Shown here: in pieces, positions 8,101-15,536 of the stretch
Layout: the number at the start of each line of letters is the position of its first letter
Position numbering within the stretch: the stretch's first letter is position 1
Notes under the pieces: generated by a model
Told to the model about the DNA's origin: nothing
The model's input: the letters and a program-made list of their open reading frames with translations, nothing else
Databases searched by the model: none
DNA from: Candidatus Saccharimonadota bacterium
Lineage (GTDB): Bacteria; Pseudomonadota; Gammaproteobacteria; Enterobacterales; Enterobacteriaceae
DNA length: 18,782 nt
Assembly (NCBI RefSeq): GCF_012571345.1
Contig: NZ_CP046218.1
Location: 303,751-322,532, forward strand
Reading direction: 5' to 3'
Position numbers and translations under genes: made by a program

Positions 8101-9717
8101 ATGAAAAATATTAATCCTACTAAAACTATATCTTGGAAAGCATTACAGAATCATATATATGATATGGAACATATAACTCTGACACAACTTTTTCAACAAG
8201 ATAAAAAAAGGTTTTCAAATTTTTCTATCAATTTTGAAAACAAAATTTTATTTGATTTTTCTAAAAATATTATTAATCATAAAACTATGCATTATTTAAC
8301 AAATTTAGCCAAAGAAATGAATTATCTTGATGCTATACATGACATGTTTTATGGGGGAAAAATCAATAAAACAGAACAACGTTCAGTTTTACATATAGCA
8401 TTAAGAAACTATAATAATAATGATTTCTTATTACAAAATCATAATATTTATAATAATATAAATGTTACTTTAAAAAAAATTAAGAATATATCTAATAATA
8501 TTATTCATGGTATTTGGAAAGGATATACTAATCAACCTATAAAAAATATTATTAATGTCGGTATTGGAGGCTCTCATTTAGGACCATTAATGACAATAGA
8601 AGCTTTAAAAAATTATCGAAATCATTTAAATATATATTTTATATCTAGTTTAGATGCCATGCAATTAATTAATATTTTTAAAAAAATTAAACCTGAAAAT
8701 AGTATTTTTATTATTTCTTCTAAAACATTTACCACACAAGAAACAATAACAAATGCTTTATGTATAAAAGAATGGTTTATAGATAATAAATCAAATATTA
8801 ATATTGATGAAATCATGCAAAAACATTTTATAGGTATTACTGCTAATACTAATAATGCCATTAACTTTGGTATTCCATATGATAATATATTGCCAATCTG
8901 GGAATGGGTAGGCGGAAGATTTTCTTTATGGTCATCTATTGGTTTAATTATATCATTATCTATAGGATTTAAACATTTTAAACATTTATTAGATGGTGCT
9001 GCGAAAATGGACCATCATTTTTTTTACAGTGATATTACACAAAATATGCCTATTATTATGGCTTTAATTAGTATTTGGTATAATAATTTTTGGAATACTG
9101 AAACTGAAGCTTGCATACCATACTGTTATAATATGCGTTTTTTAATAAAATATTTACAACAGTTAAATATGGAATCAAATGGAAAATCTATAGATAAAAT
9201 AGGTAATGATATTACTTATCAAACTAGTCCTATTATATGGGGTGATATAGGTACTGATGGGCAACATTCATTTTTTCAATTATTACATCAAGGTACTAAA
9301 ATGATACCATGTGATTTTATTGCTCCTGTTATACCTGCTATATATGTAAAAAATATTCATAATAAACTAATAGCTAACTATATTGCACAAACTAAAACAC
9401 TAGCTTTTGGTAATATTCATGGAGAAGATAGTAATCAAAATATATATCAAAAATGTACTGGAAATCATCCAAGTAATTCTATTTTTATAAAAAAAATTAC
9501 TCCATACAATTTAGGTCTATTAATAGCTTTATATGAACATAAAATTTTTATGCAAGGAGTTATTTTAAATATTTTTTCTTTTGATCAGTGGGGTGTAGAA
9601 TTAGGTAAAAAATTTGCTACCTTAATATTAGATGATTTGCACAACGACACACTTAGTATTCATAAATATGATGTTTCTACTAACGGATTAATTAATTTTT
9701 ATAAATCATTTTTATAA
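8101..9717 (+). CDS. pgi: Glucose-6-phosphate isomerase
   Basis: 538-aa ORF with ATG at 8101 and TAA at 9715-9717. The N-terminus 'MKNINPTKT' is near-identical to E. coli Pgi 'MKNINPTQT'. 'IGIGGSHLGP', 'SKTFTTQET', 'WVGGRFSLWS', 'MESNGK' and 'FDQWGVELGK' are present. Confidence 0.97.
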   Translation: MKNINPTKTISWKALQNHIYDMEHITLTQLFQQDKKRFSNFSINFENKILFDFSKNIINHKTMHYLTNLAKEMNYLDAIHDMFYGGKINKTEQRSVLHIALRNYNNNDFLLQNHNIYNNINVTLKKIKNISNNIIHGIWKGYTNQPIKNIINVGIGGSHLGPLMTIEALKNYRNHLNIYFISSLDAMQLINIFKKIKPENSIFIISSKTFTTQETITNALCIKEWFIDNKSNINIDEIMQKHFIGITANTNNAINFGIPYDNILPIWEWVGGRFSLWSSIGLIISLSIGFKHFKHLLDGAAKMDHHFFYSDITQNMPIIMALISIWYNNFWNTETEACIPYCYNMRFLIKYLQQLNMESNGKSIDKIGNDITYQTSPIIWGDIGTDGQHSFFQLLHQGTKMIPCDFIAPVIPAIYVKNIHNKLIANYIAQTKTLAFGNIHGEDSNQNIYQKCTGNHPSNSIFIKKITPYNLGLLIALYEHKIFMQGVILNIFSFDQWGVELGKKFATLILDDLHNDTLSIHKYDVSTNGLINFYKSFL

Positions 9718-9846
9718 AAATTCTTACTTTATATTAATAAAAATTAATTAATCGTTTTTTATACATTAAGTTATTTTTTAAAACAATAAATATATAATAA
9801 AATATATACAATATATCTTCTTGTTTTGTAAAAAAATAAGATTAAT

Positions 9847-11466
9847 TTAATAATGATTTACTTTTTTAAAAGTAATTATTTTATTTAAAATTTTTATATT
9901 TGTTATTGTTTTAATAGAATGAATATTTTTTTTAGATAACTCTACGAGAGAATAATAATCAAATAATTTAACATTACCAATATTGTTGCTAGGTATTAAT
10001 ATTTTATTAATAATAGCACCTACTATATGACGTATTTCTACTCCATCTTTTTTCCCTATATTTATTTTATACATTATCATATTTTCATGTAAATATTTTT
10101 TTTTGTTTGTACGTAAAAATTTATTTTTAACCGTATTAACTACTTCTGGAGGGAAAACTAAAGGCCTATTACCTTGCGCAATTTTTAATAATACAGCTGT
10201 TAATAATTCCTTATCTACAAATTCTTCAAATGGTTTCGTTAACAAAATATTTTTATATTGTTCAATATCATAACTTTTTAATGTACTATGTATTTTCATA
10301 ATAAATTTTTCTAATCTTTTTTGACTTAAAAAAGATGTATGTGGTATTTTTTTTTCTATAATATTAAATTTAGTAAAATATGCAATATTTTTTAATAAAC
10401 GTTTTTCTCTATATTCTACGAAAGTTAATGCACTACCAGTGCGTCCCGCCCTACCAGTACGGCCAATACGATGTATGTAAGATTCAGCATCCATAGGAAT
10501 ATCATAGTTAATAACTAAATCAATTCTTTTGACATCTAATCCTCTAGCAGCGACATCTGTAGCTATTAAAATTTCTAATTGAGCATTTTTAAAACTATTT
10601 AAAGTTTTTTCTCTTATATTTTGATTCATATCACCATTTAATGGCGCACTATTATATCCATAATTATTTAATTTGTGTGCTACTTCTAAAGTAGAGTTTT
10701 TAGTTTTTACAAAAATTAATACAGCATCATAAGATTCAACTTCTAAAAATTTCATTAATACATCGATTTTATTTACATGTATAATACAATAACTTTGATT
10801 AATATGGGGTATAGTATTATTATCAGATTGTATTTTAATTTCATGTGGATCATGCATAAATTTTTTAGTAATTTTTTTTATTTTATATGGCATAGTTGCA
10901 GAGAATAATGCTGTTTGATAACCTTCAGGTATAACAGACAAAATTTGTTCTACATCTTCAATAAAACCCATTCTTAACATTTCATCTGCTTCATCTAATA
11001 CTAAACTAGTAGTAGTAGATAAGTTAATAGTTTTTCGTTTAATATGATCTAATAATCTTCCTGGTGTAGCAACAATGATTTGCGGTTTTAAACGTAAACC
11101 ACGTAATTGTATATGATAAGATTGACCGCCATATAATGATAATACATGAACACCATAAATAAATTTAGAAAAGAAGGATGCAAATGTTGCTATTTGTATA
11201 GCTAATTCTCTAGTTGGTGTTAAAATCAAAATTTGAATATTTTTTATTTGGGGTTTTAAATTATTTAATAGTGGCAATATAAATGCTGCAGTTTTACCAC
11301 TACCAGTTTGTGCTATGCCTAAAACATCTTTTTTTAATAATAAATATGGAATACATTCTTTTTGTATAGGTGTTGGTATAGTATACCCAATATTATTTAA
11401 AGCTTTAATAATATTATTATTAAGTTTAAATTGAAGAAAATTATTATTAGTCATGTTAATATACAT
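9847..11466 (-). CDS. deaD: DEAD-box ATP-dependent RNA helicase DeaD/CsdA
   Basis: 539-aa ORF with a TAA stop. Q motif 'TPIQ', motif I 'AQTGSGKTAAF', motif II 'DEAD', motif III 'SAT' and motif VI 'HRIGRTGRAGRTG' are present, as is the DbpA-like RNA-binding region 'YKINIGKKDGVEIRHIVGAI'. The start is ambiguous. The ATG at 11464-11466 has GAGG only 1 nt upstream. A second in-frame ATG at 11452-11454 lies 13 nt from that GAGG. Confidence 0.93.
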   Translation of the reverse strand: MYINMTNNNFLQFKLNNNIIKALNNIGYTIPTPIQKECIPYLLLKKDVLGIAQTGSGKTAAFILPLLNNLKPQIKNIQILILTPTRELAIQIATFASFFSKFIYGVHVLSLYGGQSYHIQLRGLRLKPQIIVATPGRLLDHIKRKTINLSTTTSLVLDEADEMLRMGFIEDVEQILSVIPEGYQTALFSATMPYKIKKITKKFMHDPHEIKIQSDNNTIPHINQSYCIIHVNKIDVLMKFLEVESYDAVLIFVKTKNSTLEVAHKLNNYGYNSAPLNGDMNQNIREKTLNSFKNAQLEILIATDVAARGLDVKRIDLVINYDIPMDAESYIHRIGRTGRAGRTGSALTFVEYREKRLLKNIAYFTKFNIIEKKIPHTSFLSQKRLEKFIMKIHSTLKSYDIEQYKNILLTKPFEEFVDKELLTAVLLKIAQGNRPLVFPPEVVNTVKNKFLRTNKKKYLHENMIMYKINIGKKDGVEIRHIVGAIINKILIPSNNIGNVKLFDYYSLVELSKKNIHSIKTITNIKILNKIITFKKVNHY

Positions 11467-11593
11467 GCCTCTTTAAAAATAAATAAATAAATTTAACAAC
11501 ATTTTATAAAAATAATAATATTTATATATTATAAATTATGTTGTCGATATGTTTTTACAAAGATATGATACATAGAACACATATTTTATATCT

Positions 11594-11635
11594 TATTTGT
11601 GATTAGAAGTTATATATAACTTCTAAACACAAATA
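11594..11635. repeat. 42-nt near-perfect palindrome (potential ~19-bp hairpin) in the pnp-deaD spacer
   Basis: tatttgtgattagaagttata|tataacttctaaacacaaata. Position i pairs with position 23229-i throughout, except for one mismatch (11602 a vs 11627 a). No U-tract follows on the minus (transcribed) strand. The existence of the repeat is certain; its function is unknown. Confidence 0.8.
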
Positions 11636-11727
11636 GAAGAATGGTATCATAAATAAAAAATGAATAATAAATTGTATGATCATGATATATATAAGAAAAT
11701 ACATATTAATTATATTATAATATGTAT

Positions 11728-13821
11728 TTAACGTGTAGTTATTGCTTTCATACTTAATCTAATTCTTCCTTGTTTGTCAATTTCTATAACTTTAACTAAA
11801 ACTTTTTGTAGTAATGTTAAATGATCACTAACTTTACTAACATGTGTGTTAGTGATTTGTGAAATATGTACTAAACCTTCTTTGCCGTATCCTATAGAAA
11901 TAAAAGCACCAAAATCCATAATACGTGTGACTTTTCCACTATAAATACGTCCTACAATAATATCCGCAGTAATTTCTTCAATACGACGTATAGCAAATTG
12001 AATTTGTGTATAGTTTTGTGCTGCAATTTTAACAATGCCATTATCTTCAATTTCTATAACTGTTTCTGTTTCTTCTGTTAAAGCTCTAATAACCGATCCG
12101 CCTTTACCAATCATATCTTTAATTTTTTCTGGATTAATTTTTATAATATGTATTCTAGGTGCAAATTCTGAAATATGTTTTTTAGGAATAGAAATATTTT
12201 TTTGCATTACTTTTAAAATATGCAATCTTGCCAATTTAGCTTGTTGTAATGATAATTTAATAATAGATGCTGTAATACCTTTAATCTTCATATCCATTTG
12301 TAATGCAGTAATACCTTTATTTGTACCAGCAACTTTAAAATCCATATCACCTAAATGATCTTCATCGCCTAATATATCAGTTAAAATAACAAAATTATCT
12401 TTTTCTTTAATTAAACCCATAGCTATACCAGCTACAGCATTAGTAATAGGAATGCCAGCATCCATCATTGCTAATGATGCACCACACACAGATGCCATAG
12501 AAGAAGATCCATTAGATTCTGTAATTTCTGATACTAAACGAATGGTATATGGAAATTTTTCTAATGTTGGCATAACAGGTAATATTGCTTTTTTAGCTAA
12601 ATGTCCATGACCTATTTCTCTTCTTTTAGGTGAACTTAATATGCCTGTTTCACCAACAGCATAAGCAGGAAAATTATAATGAAATAATAAATGATCAGTT
12701 TTTTCGCCAATCAAGTCATCTAATATTTGTGCATCTCTTGTTGTACCTAAAGTAACAGTAACTAAAGCTTGTGTTTCGCCACGGGTAAATAAAGATGATC
12801 CATGTGTACGTGATAAAATACCTGTACGAACATCTAAGCTTCTAATCATATTATGTTTACGGCCATCAATGCGTACATTATTTATTAATATCTGTGTTCT
12901 TACTATTTCTTTTTCTAATTCATAAAAAATTTCATTAATATCATATTGACTAATATTTGGATCTTGTTTATGTATAATTTCTATAGTATTTAGTTTAATT
13001 ATATCAATTTGTTTTATTCTATCCTGTTTTACCGGAATATGATAAGCTTTTATTAGATCTAATTTGGCTAATGTTATGATATTTTTTTGTAATTCTTTAT
13101 TAATAGGATTCATAATCCATATTTTGCTATCTGTAGGTGTTTTTACCTTTTCAGCAAATATTATTATGTTATTAATTAATTGTTGTTGTTTTTTATGTCC
13201 ATATATTATTGCATTTAATATTTTTGTTTCATCTAATTGATTAGTTTTTGCTTCTACCATTAAAATTTCTTTTTGTGTACCAGTTATAATTAAATCTAAT
13301 TGACTATGTTTCATTTTAGTTATACTAGGATTTAATACAAAACACTTATTTATATAACCTATACGTGCTGTTCCAATAGGACCATCAAAAGGTATATTTG
13401 ATATGCTTAATGCAGCAGATACACCAATAATAGCAACAATATCTGGATGTATATTCGGATTAATAGATATGACAGTTGCAATGATTTGTATATCATTTAA
13501 AAAACCTTTTGGGAATAAAGGTCTTAGTGGACGATCAATTAAACGTGAAATTAACATTTCATTTTCACTAGGACGATTTTCTCTGCGAAAAAAATTGCCT
13601 GGTATACGTCCTGCTGCATAAGATCTTTCTTGATAATGCACAGATAATGGTAAAAAATTTTGTTCTTTTTTAATATTTTTATTTACTACTATAGTAATTA
13701 ATACTGTTGTACCATTAATATTAACTACTACTGCAGAAGTTGTTTGACGTGCAATCATTCCAGTTTCTATAGTTACAGTATTATCACCATAACTAAATGT
13801 ATGAATAATCGGATTTAACAA
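11728..13821 (-). CDS. pnp: Polynucleotide phosphorylase
   Basis: 697-aa ORF with a TAA stop. It starts at TTG (13819-13821), preceded by AAGGA (13830-13834) at an 8-nt spacing. The N-terminus '[26 protein letters not shown]' matches E. coli '[26 protein letters not shown]'. Two RNase-PH-like domains, a KH domain ('[10 protein letters not shown]') and an S1 domain ('[16 protein letters not shown]...GLVHISQI') are present. Confidence 0.97.
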   Translation of the reverse strand: MLNPIIHTFSYGDNTVTIETGMIARQTTSAVVVNINGTTVLITIVVNKNIKKEQNFLPLSVHYQERSYAAGRIPGNFFRRENRPSENEMLISRLIDRPLRPLFPKGFLNDIQIIATVISINPNIHPDIVAIIGVSAALSISNIPFDGPIGTARIGYINKCFVLNPSITKMKHSQLDLIITGTQKEILMVEAKTNQLDETKILNAIIYGHKKQQQLINNIIIFAEKVKTPTDSKIWIMNPINKELQKNIITLAKLDLIKAYHIPVKQDRIKQIDIIKLNTIEIIHKQDPNISQYDINEIFYELEKEIVRTQILINNVRIDGRKHNMIRSLDVRTGILSRTHGSSLFTRGETQALVTVTLGTTRDAQILDDLIGEKTDHLLFHYNFPAYAVGETGILSSPKRREIGHGHLAKKAILPVMPTLEKFPYTIRLVSEITESNGSSSMASVCGASLAMMDAGIPITNAVAGIAMGLIKEKDNFVILTDILGDEDHLGDMDFKVAGTNKGITALQMDMKIKGITASIIKLSLQQAKLARLHILKVMQKNISIPKKHISEFAPRIHIIKINPEKIKDMIGKGGSVIRALTEETETVIEIEDNGIVKIAAQNYTQIQFAIRRIEEITADIIVGRIYSGKVTRIMDFGAFISIGYGKEGLVHISQITNTHVSKVSDHLTLLQKVLVKVIEIDKQGRIRLSMKAITTR

Positions 13822-13884
13822 AATATCTATCCTTTATATAAAATTATAATTTTAAATATGAATTTTAAATTATATATAACATTA

Positions 13885-14154
13885 TTATTTTCTTAAATTT
13901 AATTTTTCTAATAATGTATTATATTTTAGAAAATTTTTTTTTTTAAAATAATTTAATAATTTTCTACGTTGTGATATTAAATTTAGTAATCCACGACGAC
14001 TATGATGATCTTTTTTATGGTTTTGAAAATGTTTATGTAAATTATTAATTCTTAATGTAAGTAAAGCAACTTGTATAGGAGTAGAACCTATATCTGTGTT
14101 ATTTATTTTAAACTTATTAATGATTGTTATTTTGTTTTGTTTATTTGTATGCAT
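13885..14154 (-). CDS. rpsO: 30S ribosomal protein S15
   Basis: 89-aa ORF with ATG at 14152-14154 and a TAA stop. 'DIGSTPIQVALLT' and 'HKKDHHSRRGLL...SQRRKLL' match E. coli S15. AAGGA (14161-14165) lies 6 nt upstream of the start. Confidence 0.97.
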   Translation of the reverse strand: MHTNKQNKITIINKFKINNTDIGSTPIQVALLTLRINNLHKHFQNHKKDHHSRRGLLNLISQRRKLLNYFKKKNFLKYNTLLEKLNLRK

Positions 14155-14173
14155 AAATATTCCTTATATAATA

Positions 14174-15112
14174 CTATATTAGTATATATTTAGTAATATG
14201 TTGTTTATGATTGATTATGCCAATGCCAATAAATTTATATGTATATTTTTCTAAAATATTCACATATTTATTTTTGGTAATATCCATTATTTTTATCGTC
14301 TGTTTTTTACCATATTTTATATTTTTTATGATATCGTATGTTAAATAAATACTAGGTAAATTACGTGTCATATACTGTATGGGTAAAATTAGTTTATTAA
14401 TTAATGTTGCTTGTAATAAATTATTTTTATAATTTTTAATTAGTATTTTTAATTGTGGAATTGTAATTACATTGTTATGTGTTATAGAAATATGTGCTAT
14501 ATTTAAACGACGTAATTGTATTACGTGTGCGCCACAACATAATTGATCTCCTAAATTATCAATAATACTACGTATATACGTGCCTTTAGAACAATGTATC
14601 TTTAATTTTAAAATATTTAAATGAAAATATATTAATACTATTTTATATACAATTACCGTCCTCACAGGAACTTGAACATTAATATTATTACGTGCATACC
14701 AATATAATGGCATGCCATTATATTTTATAGCAGAATATATATTAGGGATTTGTTGTATTACACCTAAAAAATTAGTGAGTTTTTTAAAGATATATGCTAT
14801 AGTTATGTCATTAATATTTTTTTTCATAATGATTTTGCCATAACTATCTGCAGTATCAGTTTTAATACCTAATCGTGCTGTTACTTCATATATTTTATCT
14901 GCTTCACTTAATAAGTGAGCAAATTTAGTACATTGACCAAAACATATAGGTAATAGTCCACTTGCTAAAGGATCTAATGTACCTGTATAACCTGCTTTAT
15001 GAATATTAAATAAAATTTTAATTTTTTGTAACATTTTATTAGATGTTAATCCAATGGATTTATCTAATAACAACAAACCATTAATATTTTTTTGATACGG
15101 CATGACTATCAC
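14174..15112 (-). CDS. truB: tRNA pseudouridine-55 synthase
   Basis: 312-aa ORF with a TAG stop. 'INGLLLLDKSIGLTSN' and the catalytic-Asp motif 'AGYTGTLDPLASGLLPI' are present. The start is either GTG at 15110-15112 or the in-frame ATG at 15101-15103; neither has a clear Shine-Dalgarno. Confidence 0.92.
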   Translation of the reverse strand: MIVMPYQKNINGLLLLDKSIGLTSNKMLQKIKILFNIHKAGYTGTLDPLASGLLPICFGQCTKFAHLLSEADKIYEVTARLGIKTDTADSYGKIIMKKNINDITIAYIFKKLTNFLGVIQQIPNIYSAIKYNGMPLYWYARNNINVQVPVRTVIVYKIVLIYFHLNILKLKIHCSKGTYIRSIIDNLGDQLCCGAHVIQLRRLNIAHISITHNNVITIPQLKILIKNYKNNLLQATLINKLILPIQYMTRNLPSIYLTYDIIKNIKYGKKQTIKIMDITKNKYVNILEKYTYKFIGIGIINHKQHITKYILI

Positions 15113-15133
15113 TTGGAATTAGAATATAAATAA

Positions 15134-15496
15134 TTATATATTATTTTGGTTAAGTAGTTTAGTAATATGCGCACCTATATTTAAAGAATTATCAAAAAAA
15201 AATTTTAAATGTGGAATATGACGTAATATTATTTTTTGAGTTAAAATATGTTTTATGTATCCTGATATTGCATTTAAGAAACATAATTCTCGTTTTTTAT
15301 TATGACATAATGTGTCTTTTATGTGTGGATAGCAAATAAATATTTGTGCAAAAGATAAATCTTTTGATACTAATACATCTGTTATTGTAATTAATTTATT
15401 AAAACGTGTATCATTAATATTATTCGCTAGTATATATGAAATTTGTTTTTTTAATTCATTAGCAACTTTTAATTGTCGATATTTATTTTTTTCCAT
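15134..15496 (-). CDS. rbfA: Ribosome-binding factor A
   Basis: 120-aa ORF with ATG at 15494-15496 and a TAA stop. 'RQLKVANELKKQISYIL...DTR...ITITDVLVSKDLSFAQIF' is colinear with E. coli RbfA ('RPQRVAQEMQKEIALIL...DPR...VSGVEMSRDLAYAKVY'). It keeps the conserved infB-rbfA-truB position. Confidence 0.9.
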   Translation of the reverse strand: MEKNKYRQLKVANELKKQISYILANNINDTRFNKLITITDVLVSKDLSFAQIFICYPHIKDTLCHNKKRELCFLNAISGYIKHILTQKIILRHIPHLKFFFDNSLNIGAHITKLLNQNNI

Positions 15497-15536
15497 AAGT
15501 ATTTCTTTTATAAAAAAATAATTTTTAAAAAATATG

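Noticed and set aside
8622-8861. 79-aa ORF antisense to pgi. The same applies to the antisense ORFs at 12035-12358 and 13403-13621 (in pnp) and at 16653-16835 and 17029-17271 (in infB).
   Set aside because: All are nested antisense within highly conserved genes, have no recognisable motifs, and have the composition typical of spurious ORFs.
9718-9846. Looked for a terminator hairpin in the convergent pgi/deaD spacer. Candidates were self-complementary aattaatt/attaat runs and tttt..aaaa segments.
   Set aside because: I found only 4-bp self-complementary A/T runs with no room for a loop. None gives a credible stem followed by a U-tract on either strand.
11538-11683. Two tiny ORFs in the pnp-deaD spacer: a plus-strand 22-aa ORF at 11538-11606 (MLSICFYKDMIHRTHILYLICD) and a minus-strand 26-aa ORF at 11603-11683 (MIIQFIIHFLFMIPFFYLCLEVIYNF).
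   Set aside because: Neither has a Shine-Dalgarno. The hydrophobic composition is what random AT-rich sequence encodes. Both overlap the palindrome, and neither resembles the NlpI signal peptide. There is not enough evidence to call a small protein or an nlpI pseudogene.
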